Assembly: GCA_976226885.1 (NCBI GenBank)
Contig: OZ320314.1
Location: 31,000,001-31,064,000, forward strand
Length of the DNA: 64,000 nt
Direction: 5' to 3'
Source of the DNA: Iphione sp. A-MEVVRFRX5
Taxonomy: Eukaryota
A model generated the notes under the pieces. It saw nothing but the letters and a program-made list of their open reading frames with translations. It did no database searches and was not told where the DNA came from. How positions within the stretch are numbered: the stretch's first letter is position 1; the number at the start of each line of letters is the position of its first letter. The position numbers and the translations under genes are program-made. Positions 37,401-51,200 of this stretch are shown in pieces.

Positions 37401-39781
37401 CGAAGTTTGTCTTCCATGCATCCGTAGCAGTAAAGGGGCAGTAAAGAACTACATTTGAAATGTTATGCATGAATCATGGATGACGGACATGTATACGTCT
37501 CCGGGGAAACCTCGATACGATACGTCTCACAGTGCGTAAATTACGCACATATGGATATGATCCATTGTATTACAGAGAGATGGTATTTCATGTACTGCTG
37601 GAACCATGTTTGGCTGCATGTGTCACATGGAAAGACCGCCTTAGGGACGTCTCCGTCTGTTAGTGTCTTTCTACAGCTGCATGGATTCGAAGGAACCATT
37701 AGAAATCTCAGTGATGGTGTTTAGCTCTACACGTTTTTTTCTCTTACACATTTTTCTATGTTAATAGGTATCAACAGTCAAGGTATCATAGGAACGAATA
37801 GATTAATTGATTTATTAGTTTATTGCTCTATGAAAACACTCTCTTGGTGTTAACAGGAAAGGATGATATTGATATGTAAGAATAAAGGATTATTTAGCTA
37901 CTACAATCAATACCGCTTATTGAAAGTTCATAATACCAATCCATCAATATGTTAAAAGTGGAATATTTTAACATCAACGTTTAGCAATAAGTTAGTAATC
38001 CAAACCGTCGGCTGACCTACCGCCGGATATAGATGATGAGGTATTTAGTATGCATAGGTTCTTTGAGTGCTACTGAGGCAACTTATATAAAGGTCAACGT
38101 TGCAGTAAAACGGGTTGATCGTACGGAAATTAAAGTCATTTGCTAAACGACAGGTTTATGCTGAGGCACTTAATATGGTATGCTGCATGACATAAAAACA
38201 GACAAGAAATTTGCTGCTAAGGCCCGGGAAAAGCTTCGAATTGACTTCTTAAAACTGTTATACAGCTGCAGGAACATTGCGTTTAACATAGAAGAACAGA
38301 ATATTTCAACACACGATGGAAGGAGAATAAACTGTAATTATTCATTCAAAGTTAATTCGCCTTATTTGGTGGAGGCACACTATAGCGTACATACATCTAT
38401 AGGCTTATGTGGAATTAACAACATGTCTTTACCATTTTTTTCGTTTCAAACTATTGATTGTAATCCGTTTTTCAACTCTGTCTTTCAAATATTATTTATT
38501 CATTGCTGTATGGACTATTACATGTCTTAAGCGGATTTGGTATTAACGAGAAAGCATCGGGATTGTGATGTCGGCTTACGTAATTTCACGATGAGCAAGC
38601 ACCCTGCGATAGGCCCTCCCCCTGGTGTCGTAAAATGGAAGCATGAACTTAAAGAATCCTTCCTCGTGGATGAAACAAAATACGTTTTGATTTATGTTAA
38701 CCATTCTAAATGGAAAGATAACGCACCGTGTGTGTGTGTCCTGCATGCAAAGTCTAGTTAGGACATGTGATGCTTCTGGAAAGGTAAACAGGCAAATTGT
38801 GCCCCAGTGAGGTATTACCCTCGACAACATTGCTTGCTGCTGCCCTCTCTCGACTGGCGTCGGCCTGTCCCTGCCAGTAGACGGAGAGAGTGATGTATTC
38901 TGTTTGCTCGTCAGGATAGGAAATGGGGAGCGGTAAACTAATGGGTAATTGGTAGAGCAGGCAGCATTCAGTGCTCTTCTGTGCAAGCACCACGCCATAT
39001 GGTTGCCTCTAAAGGGCAAAAAGGAGGTTAAATTTATGTATAGATCTATACATGTACTTGTATTCATTTCTCACACGTCGTATAACATCTTTATCGTAGC
39101 AGAAAGCTTCAGGTAATAAACATTTTTGAAATATTTAGCTGTGCGGTACTTAAACAAACTACACGCTGCATCCGTTAAATACATCCCAATACAACCAAAT
39201 AAACACGGTTTTGCCTATGAAATGTGAGGAGGAATTAGGAAAAGCATTTTCTCTCCGCTCTCGATCGATAGGATCCTTATCAAGCCAAACCAGTTTTCAT
39301 GCATTCAATATGATTGGAAAATCCATCAATTCCCCTAATACTCATGAACAAAACCTTTCAAACTTCATGGCCAATATAATCTAAATAATGATTCATGCCG
39401 GATTTACTGACAATTTCTCACAGAAATAGGAATATGTTCATCCGAGTACATGGTTGATCAAAGTTAAATATGCAGCAGTTTTAGGTATGTGGTGCTAGCA
39501 TGATGGTTACCTAGCAACTACTAAAGAGCTACTGCAGAAAACGCTACGTGCCTGTATTTATCCTCCCAGTCCATAAATACACCCATCCAATAACTTCTGC
39601 TGCTCAATGACTCAACAATCGTATTGCCCATGGGGCGCTTTCTCGATAAGCAATCCATTACTGGCTGGGTTTTGTTACTGCATACGTTTTGCAACATTGA
39701 AAGGCAATATGAAATCTTTGTGTAGACTCGATAAAATGCTTCGAGGCCCAGACAGGATTCACTCTTGATGATTACCGTCTA

Positions 39782-40186
39782 TTATTTACCTAGCAACCAA
39801 ACAGAGTCCGTATAGCTCCTCGGTGCTATCGCAATATGCTGGGAATAGAACAGGGTAACGCATCGAATGGATGTATAAATTGATGGACAAAGCACATCTT
39901 GGAGAAATACGATAATGAAAGCTTGTTTGTTAATACATACGTCAGTGCTGGATATAAACTCGGACGAGTGAGCATATATATTAACGGATGTTCTTGAAAA
40001 TATTTCACTCCCCTCTCTCAGTGCATTTGAGGAAAACGAAATAATCCCTCTTGTTTTTGGAGTGATCGTGTATCTGCTCTTAAGGGAGAGTTGCTCTTCA
40101 AAGCAGATTGTTTTTCCTATGTATGACATACGGGTTCTGTGGTAACCATAGAAAAACAGTGCGTATATATCCCTTCCGAGGTCCAA
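39782..40186 (-). pseudogene. Possible decayed GIY-YIG endonuclease ORF
   Basis: DIYALFFYGYHRTRMSYIGKT resembles GIY-x(10-11)-YIG, here with a 13-residue spacer. A later CPSIY resembles PxGYN. The expected catalytic Arg and Glu are not evident. Confidence 0.35.
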
Positions 40187-40895
40187 TGCGTTAATAAAAA
40201 CCGCCCATTAGTCACTTCGCTAATAGCCATCTGAATCAAGGGAATATACGCGAATATACGAAGTGGACGGAAAATTCCTAACATTGTCTTTCGTGTAATC
40301 TGATAAGAACATTAATGGCCATTTTGAGATACACAGAAACTCTTTTACGAGGAAAAATGTTCCCTATCAAAATTTTATACTAGTATAATTACATTTCTAT
40401 GGCATATTTCCTTGGTAAACCAGATCGAGAAAAAAAAAATCGGGAAACTCTTTCCCTGCCAACAGGTCAAGAACCTATTGAGAAAAGCCTCTGAGTTGGA
40501 AAAAAACACCCAGGAACATATAGTAGGGGAGAAAGACAGGTATTATAGGTATCAAGGATAAATATTTAAAGACAGGAATGCATAACATGTGCAAACACCA
40601 GAGGATCACAAGCTAGTGGTAAAGGTCATGGCCTCCTGGTTCCGAAAAGAGCTCATTCCCACTGGGACCACCTCTCTAATTCACATCGCCACTGCATTTT
40701 GACTACCATTGAAAATACTCGTCTCATACATTACTGGTGCCATCAGATACAATCAGCAGGTTTTCATTTTGAGGAACACACAGGGCGGATGCGGGCATTT
40801 CTCTTTGTGATGACCAGTTTATTATAGATTTACGGTATCTGCTACAATCACCTCAGGGTTAAGGTAATTTTACGCGATTTGCATCAAGCATCTTA

Positions 40896-40945
<50 letters not shown>
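40896..40945. repeat. Compound (GT)n(GA)n microsatellite
   Basis: Directly visible. Confidence 0.97.
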
Positions 40946-40949
<4 letters not shown>

Positions 40950-43900
40950 TAAGCATTCAGGGAGAGGATAGGGATATGATTTGAGATAAAGGTCAAGAGG
41001 AGAGGCCAGATCAGCTTGTATCAAATGAGTGGCTACAACGGGCTGTTTAGGGGCTTTTGTAACATCGTAATAGAAATTGGACCAATAGAAACATGTAATT
41101 TTAAGAAAAAGTTGGAAAGCGCTTCATAAATCTTGTTGTAGCAGAGTTTTTAAGTGTTCTGCGATGGGTCTATTAGGCAAGACCAAAGGACAGCAGAAGG
41201 TGACTATTAGATACTGATTACAGGTATTTCCTACGGGCACCAACTCCTCCAGTCGGTCCTTATCGTCCATAGAGACAGCTTGTGGACGGCATTAAACCGT
41301 CCACGGTTGAAATGTACGTTGGCATGTTGGTATGTTGTGGTTCACCAGACTTACTAGTGCTCTGCAGAGAGTTGCGAGTGCTCCTCTTTCGATTAATGCA
41401 AGGCATCATAATTAGAGCAATGTTACTTTGAATTTAGTTACATGTATTGATATTTGTATAGGAGTTTTTAGTGTTCAACCGTAAGATTTGCACATATTGA
41501 CCGTCCGAGTCTATCATCTTGAAACTGAACTGGCATAGATCATATTTTTGTAACCATAATGCCCAGAAGGAATGAAAAATCACATTCACAACCTGGGTCA
41601 AATCTCGCAATTAGGACAAAAGCTGCTTACCCATAGCAAAAATGTTAACAAAAATTCAATCGGCTGAGATATTGTCACTGAAGTCTATAGTAAACAGATG
41701 GAACTATCCTCGTATAACACCCGCTTTGAATATTGATCATTCAAGTGAGAACCAATGTAAGTAGCATTACAGAGGGTGTACCGTAATTATCATCTACATA
41801 ATATAAAAAAAGGCCTTTATCAAAAACCGCGGCTGGTGCGTATCTATCAAAAACACCGGAGGAAAAAAGAAGGTAACTGACGGCAGTTTTTGCCACATCT
41901 AGACGTTGGGAACGCAGAAAAAACAGATTATCGTGTTTTTATTAGTGGGACGCGCTGTTGGTCTTGCTCATCGAAGGCTCTGTTCATGGTAGATCAGAAC
42001 TATATGAAATAGGAGATCCAGTTCACATATACATGTACCAGGATAACCAGTGACGGTGACATTTTTGCATATGTTAGACAAAACACTTGATATTTTACTG
42101 ATGGAGCAGGGCCAGTTTGCTTTTTTACTACTCCGAGTTGGTTTGAGTGCATTCTGAACATAAATAGCATGGTAGTATATCTAGATCTTTTTAAATTGCA
42201 CCACAAAAAACATATTTATTGTTGGTACATTGCAAGCAACAGTGGTTTTTTTATTTGTGCACAGCGCACATGGCAAACATGCAGGGTGAATTCTACAAGC
42301 TGTAGTTTTTCCTGAATAGGCAGGGATTTTCACCAGTGGATTTGGCGAGTACATTGGACATGCCCTCCTTCGAGTTTGTTGTTCCGCAGATGCGCCGGTC
42401 AGCGGTCGGCATCTCTCGGCTTGAACGATCGCGAGTGTGCTGGTGCTGCCACCTGTATGATCAGGATGTTTGTTGGGATACTGATCCCGAAACTGCTGCT
42501 GATACTCTTCTCATGTGTGTGGTCCCTCAATGAACTCAGTCCCTGTCCGTCACAGATCTCGCTGCATTTGCAATATTCCTGTTTATTACCGGTACAGCGG
42601 GACTTTCACTATCTTTTCAGTCCGGGAGAGGCACACGTATACAGTCTCCCTACACAAGCCTGGAGAACTTACTATTCGAGCATGTTGTGCCGTTTAGTAA
42701 CTTATGTACGACCCCCCCCCCCCTTCCTGGCATAGTGCTCTTGTTTGGCTAATAACCCTGAATTTTGTTATCTCTACTTTGGTTGATTCTGGTTTCGTGT
42801 TAGGTAACGTACATGTGGGGGCTGGCACGAGGCCCTCCCAGTAAACCTCCCCTCATCAAAGAATGGGTTCGACATTAGAACAGAATGTTATTTTAATCAG
42901 CTACAGTCATCTTGTATACTGTTTAACATGTCGTAGAAATCCTGATGGTTCGTTTGATACCAGTGCTCTCATAAGGGAACATTATACTAAAGATGTGAAT
43001 TTAAGTATTATTGACAAAGTAACTCAGTCTCCTTTGTATGTGTGATGTAATGTAATAAATGCGCAATATAAAAAAAATCTAGAGATCCTTCAAAACATCT
43101 ACCCCTGACCTCAAGGCATAATTTAGCCTTTGCCTGAGAACGCCTGGCGGCATCATTCGCACTTCTAGGGTTAAAGGGACTGGACTTTCTAGGATGGCAT
43201 GGCAACTCAGAAAAAGAATCAGACACAAATGCTAGTTTTACATGTACGCATTGTTCACACTCCTGCTATTGCATGTGTTTGCGTTTGACTGATCAATTTA
43301 TCAGTAGGAAAGTAAGTGTTAGGAACGGATGCATGTGAAGAGCCTAATTAAATTCAATATCAACTCAGTAACGCCGATGATGAGGCCGTATGTCATTTCG
43401 TCGTGCAATTAACACATACGTTGCATAAAAGACAATCACAGCTTAACTGCTTACTTGCTGTTTAAGAATATGCTCTCATTAAATCTCATATAAAACTTTG
43501 CTTCTCGTGCTTGTACCGCCCTGATTTTGACTTCGTTCTCGTCGGTTTTGACATTTAGAACCATATTTTACATTTACGCCAGAGTTTAGTGTACTTATGT
43601 ACTGAAGCTATTGTTTTAATTATGATTTTAAACCTACCCGGTGAAAACTGCGGCGGCTTTCTCCTACATTTTAAAAATGTTATTCTAAGATGTTAGCCAT
43701 ATCTATATGCAAGAAGACCCCTCCGCTGAGTTTGTGTATCCCCACCTGCGTACTGCACTGGACTTGCGACGTACATGTAACATGTAACACGTAGACAGCG
43801 TTGTACTTCTTGACCCCCTTAAGTTCATTTTGATTTATCCTCTTTGCCATTCCCTGACTCCTACACCATTAATATTTATATTTCATTTCATTTTACTTCA

Positions 43901-45343
43901 TGGTAGGAATTTATCGGAGTGCACAAATAAGCAGCCTGTCGCCGTAAATTGATACCAGCTGCTAAGAAGGTTAAGTTAGGAATCCATAATCCACTATGCA
44001 TGTACTTCTTCTTTGGTTTTCGGTTGTCCAAGGACTGCCGAAGGTGCCCTGTTCTCAAGAACTGGCACCCCTACAATACATGTACTAACGTCTACCATTA
44101 CTATTGACCAGCTATGGTTTTCTCGCTCACCGTGTAATATTCCCAGACGCTGGACTCCTGCAGCATTATTATTCTTGCCAAATCAGCGTGAACTACGATA
44201 GATTAACTAAGGGCAGGACCTGAGCAGTATAGAGCATGCGAACGACAGCTCACTCTTACTATTGTTATGGGTGTATACTGAAGTATGGCAGGCCAAGGAT
44301 GTAAGGACATTGTCGATATGCCAGCTGAGTCACACGAGGATTAGAAAGAAGGGGACCCTTGTATCGTTGGCAGGCATCCTACCAGTAGACTAAGGGCTTA
44401 AGTGGTGCATGAAAGTTAATGGTCAATAGGCAAGAAAAACGCATGAAGAAAGTGGAACAGATTGACACAACCTTCTAACACAGTAATCTTACTTGATATA
44501 CTGATATATGTATCATTACATCTGTACCAATGCTTTAAAGTAAGCATCCAGTCTGAGGAATCTTAAAAGCAACGGTTATCACAGTGCATATGTACGTTAC
44601 TGCCCGGGAGGAGCGGAAGACTGTAGATTGTGGTAGAGAGGATAGATTATCTCAGGTTGATTGTGATGTATACCGCTCGTCCTCGGGTACAATGCTAAAA
44701 ATGTATGTCGCTGCTACGTGGATGAAAAATATCACCAACAAACATTTGACATCGTTTGTAAGATTAATACTTCTGTTGCAGTATATGGTTTCTGGGCAAG
44801 GGTGAGACAAAGTGATTGGCAATTAATTTAAGGGCAAGGTCTTGAGAGCATCTTAGTGTGTCTTATTGTTCAGTATGATTAGCGCTGAGTGTATCCAGAC
44901 TGAGAAGTGATGTAACTCACCTAATTATAGGAAAACCCGACGAACTATTACCAACCGGGCTGCCAAAGCAAATCTCTACCAGGGTTAAGGAAGATCACCT
45001 TTTAATTTTTTTTTCGGCCATTCCGTGAGAATGTTTACAATTTCCTCGGACTGACACTACTGGAATAGGAACAGTAAACCTGTCTAAAACTAGTTTTTCA
45101 GTTTTCGCTCGTTCCACGAAGCTATAAGGTACTGTTCTACATCAAAACTCACATGCGAAGACAAGGTATACATTCGCGTGGCCAAAACCTGATTGTTGAA
45201 AGCTACAGAACTGAAGAGCAAGCATCAATCGTTTATACGTATATAAGGGGAGAACAGTCATAACGAACCTAATCGCATATAATCGCACATGATCACAAAT
45301 ATATACCGGATCACATGAAAAGCCGACGGTGCAGGTATCCTGG

Positions 45344-45363
45344 GCAGTTACCATGGTAACTGC
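45344..45363. promoter_or_regulatory. Perfect palindromic RFX X-box-like motif
   Basis: GCAGTTACCATGGTAACTGC is a 20-bp perfect palindrome containing GTTACCATGGTAAC. Confidence 0.4.
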
Positions 45364-48067
45364 TTGGCTGGACACCTCGGAGCGGTGACGGGTAGCCGTA
45401 GGAGTAATTGGGTGTCTCGGGAAATGTCGCCCCTTCCATCTTTCATCCCGACACGACAAGGCCCAAGTTCCCGCCCGCTAGACGGCGATACCGGGTCAGA
45501 CGCGAGGTCCCAATAATAGCCCTCGGGCGGGTGGATGTGGAAAGGGTCAGGAAAACCTGCAGGGAAAGAATTAGCTGTAGGGAGAGGAGGTTATGTGAGG
45601 GGGGGATAGTGTTAGAAAGGTCTACACGTGTAAGGAAATGATGGATAAATAGCTAGTTTGGTAGGATAGACGCAGGAAGAATGCTTCGTCCATAATATAA
45701 GGCATTTTATATAGTCCTAAGACGACGTGTGAATAGATACGGGTCTAGATTAGAGGCAAGAACGGTGTTCTTGTGACGGAAGCTTTGAATTGAAAGGACT
45801 GGGCAACAATACAAAGAAATGTACATGAGCCGTGCAAAATAAACATTCGATCGGAGGCCCTAGCAGTATTGTGTTAAAAGTGAAAATAAAACTATGAAAA
45901 GGTAACTAAGGGATGGGTACCTGTGGGTGTCTGAGGACCCGTATACTGCATGGCAATGTATCCTAGCAACGAGGGGAGCTTGTTTACCTGCCAACCTTCT
46001 CGACACAATTAATGCTACTGGGCCTCGCAGATGATCAAAATGCATTAGAGACGAATAACAGACTCAGTCGAGTTGGTCTCTCAATGTAAATAATGTATGC
46101 TCCTCAAATCGACGGACGCACCTCCATTTGATCGAGGTGCTTTACCGTATGGCTACTTTGAACTTTTCTCGACCTGCACGTACAGCTCTACCGGGTGTTC
46201 ATCAACCTCACGCTTTTCTTGCTTTTCGTTATAAAAGGCCTCACGTTATTGACTACCGGCACTCCCAAACTGGTAATTTAGAAAATCGAATGTCGAAGGC
46301 AGGCTTTCCTAATTGTTTGGGTTTGCGTTATCTTCGTCCTCCCCCGACTGCACTAATTCTCATCCTTGTGGGTAGCAATATAGCATGCTTACCTGCTCAT
46401 CAGTATGTATCAGGCTGTTAAGAAGAGAGACAGAATTGACATATACGTGTACATGTATATGAGTATTGTATATCAGAGACCTGTGCCTCAGGTCACTCGC
46501 TGGGGTCGAGAGATACTCCGGAGTGAGCGAAGTTACATCGAAACAGCATACAGTATTGCTTCGCCCTAAGCTGACCTGCCAACCCCTCCGCCTTACCTTC
46601 AAGCTCCTGGTCCGTCATACTGTTACCCCTCACAGGTGACGCATTACTCCAAGGGTCTAGCTGGGACCACACCTGTTTAAACGACCAGGTGTATACTGGT
46701 TGGGGGAGGAGCAGGAGGTAGCAGCATAGGTCCCGGCAGGCTAAGTGGTGGCAATGCTGGGCTATGGAGCGCCGTGTGTCACGTTACACGTAGTAGACTA
46801 TACATCTCTCGTATCCGGAATGTAGGTCTTAAGTACAAAAGTAAATACTCTTCAGGAGAAGCAGGAAGAGCAGCAGCTGCTATAGAGGCTTCGGAAGGGA
46901 AGTAGAACTATGACCTTTTATCATAGAATAGGCAACGAGCGGCAGTTTTAAGGATAATACTTACGCAGATACAGCAAGGCACCTGAAGCATGCAGAGAGT
47001 TTGTTCCCTCATAGCCACCCCGACTTCTTTGAAGTAACATTTATTTTACACATTGTAAGAAATAACTTGAATTGGAAGCCCCAGCGATCTGGTGCGTTGT
47101 GTTAACACGTGCTAAGTTAGATTTCAACAGACGACGGTGAAGAAGATGGCGCCACCCTCGTGATGCCCCTTTTCACCTGTTTTTGTTATGCCTTCATCGA
47201 GCCTGGCAATTCCTTAAAAAGCTTCTGGCTGATACAATCGTCGCTCATTTACGCCAATTTCGGAAAGATATCCCAAATCAATATGGGGTATGTAACATAT
47301 GCAGACAGAATGATAAAACCCACAAATCCTACTTGTTAAATCCGGTGAAAGCCCTTGAGACCTCTACACTGCTTTAGCTTACTTATTTGCAGATACAAAA
47401 TACAAATGTTAAGGTATTATTTTTTCACTAAGCAAGGGTTAATTGTAGTAGCTGCAAAAACTGTACTGTTAGGTCACAACCATATCAAAACCATTTACCT
47501 TTACCTATAAACAACATTGAAGTGTCCAGAAGTGTAAGAAGCCTATAAACATGCTCAGTCATTTTGACACATATAGATGTCATTTTTTCACTAACCAATT
47601 AGCATGTATAAATCGTGTTAGGCGTTTAAACTAAACACTTTCCTTATTTACGAGATGCCTATTTGAGCGTTGTTTAATGATGCTTAGTGGCTGGCTACTT
47701 TTCAACCCGGCATGCAGTATTCAAGTACCTCTTTCGGTGATGAGTAAGATCTTATTTTTAAGGAGCCCCTGCCATCTTTCTGCCTCCACATTCATATCAC
47801 GCCCCCTTCCATGAGTTCTTTACTTTCAGAAATTTTTACCGGCTGCTCCCCAGAGACTCTAGTTAAATGTTTTTATTCGAGTTTATAAATTGGAAACGTC
47901 CAATACTTGTTACATTTTTTTAATTACATGGTCAATTCTGTTAAAATCTCGGAAACATCGAGGCATCGACCTCTCGAAACCCTTGTATCGGGAAACTTCA
48001 CTGTCCTGTTGAACGTAAAATATTGAATCTAATTCTAACATGTACAATGACTGAACGTATTGCTAAT

Positions 48068-48273
48068 TAAGTTGTTTTAACAGTATTTCAATGATTTAGT
48101 TTAATATATAGGTTATATTATTAACTGTCATCTAGCGAACTATTTTGCAATCGGGCAATGTTTGTCAGACATTATCGCTAGCAAGTTGTTTTAACAATAT
48201 TTCAATTATTTAGTTTAAAATACACATATTTAGTTTAACATCGGGCAATGTTTATCAGACATTATCGCTAGCA
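48068..48273. repeat. Tandem duplication with indel (two units of ~90-115 bp)
   Basis: AAGTTGTTTTAACArTATTTCAAT.ATTTAGTTTAA and ATCGGGCAATGTTTrTCAGACATTATCGCTAGCAA each occur twice. Confidence 0.85.
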
Positions 48274-51200
48274 ATAAATAGTGAAAAAGAACTTTCGTCC
48301 AAGTTATGAAACATATCTGAATGGGAATGATTATATCCACCCATCGAATGGTGAGAGACCGTATAATGCAGCAGCCGTCATCATTGTCGTTGCAGTACTT
48401 ATTGCAAAAGACGCGGAAGAGATGTTCATACTGGATACAGGACATCGGCAACAGGGCAAGTTATAAAGATAAATGATCTTGGAGGCGAGCCAATTATCCC
48501 CCACCTGCCTCTTGCTAGGTGCAATCTTACCTCCGGTAGCCTGGAATACCCGGTCATTGCCACCCACAGCCGGGAGAGAGGACTTTCAACTGTGATATTC
48601 ACACCTATTATTAGATTCGATTTGTGTTACACTCCGTCACGTTTTCATACATATTATAGTAAAATGTGATCATGGGTTACTGGGTTGACAAAGTGAAGGG
48701 TGTGTGCATTTTTGCATGTGGTTTCTGTTCGAACGGTATGCTGGAAGTATAAAATGGCTTGGAAAGAATACTATTTAATGCTAGGTTACTTTACTGAGTA
48801 CTAGGATTGCGTACTTCTGTATTATACCCTGCCGGCCCGCATTCTTGATTGATGGCCTCTACTCAATGTTTGTGTAAGGTTCAAGTGATATTTGAAGGGG
48901 TACAGAGAACGTAAAATCCAGAAACAAAGAAGCACGAGGAGGAATGGAAGATGAAAGGCGGTGAAAGGGGAATCTTGTGACTTGGATGTAATTGAATGTT
49001 CAGTTCGACTTGAACAATGGAGACTGTATACTTTTATCGCGATATGTATCATTTACGGATAATATAACGAGCTCCTTACCAAAAGAAAGATTTCTAGTAT
49101 GAGATGTAGGGCGGAGGGGAGGGTGACGCAGAGAGACACACAGAATAGAGACAAAGTAATGTTTTAATAATCAAAGGTCTAATGGCACGACAAATTTGCG
49201 CTGTAGAATAATGTAGTGTGATACGATTTATCCCCCTTCATCATCTTTAATTGGGTATGTCTCCAACCACAAATTTCATGATGAAAATCATACATACTTC
49301 TCGATCCTCACACCAGGGGGCACCACCTTCCCTGGCGATACACGAGGGTCTTTTGACTCCAGCCAACTTAACAACTGAACACTTCACAGAATTGGTATTT
49401 AAGGTAATGAAACATAGATGCACTAAAGCTTATTCCAATGATCGGTCTTTAACCTCATCCAGTCTCTATCGCGTCATCTTAATTAGTACTGATTTCCCCA
49501 ACTATAGTAACGTTAACTTACGACCGCCGGTGAAAAATGTAGAATACGATCCACCTTACCTGAAAGGAAAAGAATCAGGAAATTTAGATTCATGCATTTA
49601 TATAGCATAACTTCAATACACTCTTTTCTCGTTAATAGAAAATTCATTTGTTACTATTTGTTGTAAGCTGGTATGAAAGATGAACTTAGGCCACTCGCGA
49701 AATCACACTTTGATCTCTGAAACTGTAATGATAAAAATTAGTAAAAAGGAGTGAATTTATGGTACGTATCATCTGAAACTCTAGCCTTTGACGTGACTCT
49801 TATCATTCGGTGATTTATGTGATATTGATAATAACGTTAGATTTCAGGAGATGCGCAGCCTATAGCAGTATCAAAAACTAACAACAATTGATTGGAGCCA
49901 TCACATTAAATTCTATCATCAGAGAAAGACCTAGCACTTATCCTATCGCTGCTCATCAACGGACCGACCAAACATTGGCATTTGCAATCTATCGTGCGGC
50001 TTTTGTGAGGATTTCATTCTTAAAACAGAGCAATTTAAATCTCGACTAGATCCTCCACAAACCAAAATTGAGAAGATAACATGGGGGTCACCCTGTCAAT
50101 TAATCTTTGTACAATTTAGCACTAAAAAGAAGCCATATAATTGGGTACAATTAGTCTATACTTGAGAGTGACATTTGTAGGCCAGAATATAATGAATCCC
50201 GCAGGTATTAATCTACAGGTAGCTGCAGTGCCCTCTATGGAGATCTAGCCAATAAAGAACAATCTTCGACGTAGGGACTTGTTCCATCTTCAGATGATGT
50301 GCTTGGACTGCTCTCTATTTCTCTTGAATCTACTATTGTGAGACCCTCTTTGAGACTGTTTGACGGTGAGCGGCCTAACGGGAAAAATTAAGCCTATACT
50401 AAGTCTAACAAAGACTGCACCAAGGGTCGGGTGTCTCGGGTGCTCCCTCAAATTTTGTAGGCGACCTGCTATGGATGGCTCTATGTCGGTTTCAACCGAC
50501 ATCTTGCGAATGCCTCTACTAGGGACAATACAGAGATCGGTGAAGGTGGCAGCGAACGGTAGCAGCGTATCTTAAATTTCAAGCCCTCCTGCTTCCTACA
50601 TCTGTGGGCAAGTGTCTTACAAATGATGCAACCTGAGATACCCCTGGCCACCCCCCACCCCCCGGCATCAATGACCGGTGTGTTTGCCTCTACCTTGGTA
50701 ATTAGCCTAATGATGGCGGTATGTATCCCTGGGTATAAACCATGTAGCCTGACATGTAACCTTGCAGATACACCACAACAGGCCCCGGGGATATGTGACA
50801 ATACTCTTCTGTTTTTTTACATGTAATTATATTAAGTTCCCTTAACATAAACCCCTAATTTGAATACACGCCATATTCCTATTTCCAGACCATAAGTTTT
50901 ACGAAAAGCTTACTTACGTAGTAATATAATGCATTAAACTTTACACCCTATATAAAACCTACACCGTCCCACAACACAGATATTGGCCGTCTTGATAGCG
51001 TTAAAACTGTATAGCCAGTAATTTAATACTCCAAGACCCATTAATATTTGTTATCCATGTTGCATTATAAGCCATATTGCTTCTCTAGGAGCATTTACCG
51101 GTATTCCGACAGATGCCCCTACTCTTGCAGATACATGTATAAACAAAGTGTGACGTTCACCATACATGTAGCTGCTCAAACACGTGGTATGGTGAGAAAT

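Noticed and set aside
42200-42750. piggyBac-like Cys-rich C-terminus (RRRAC..KTT..C..C)
   Set aside because: Cys spacing is imperfect, and no DDD core, TIR or TTAA TSD was found.
48281-48466. GERPY zinc-finger linker
   Set aside because: There are no flanking C2H2 residues.
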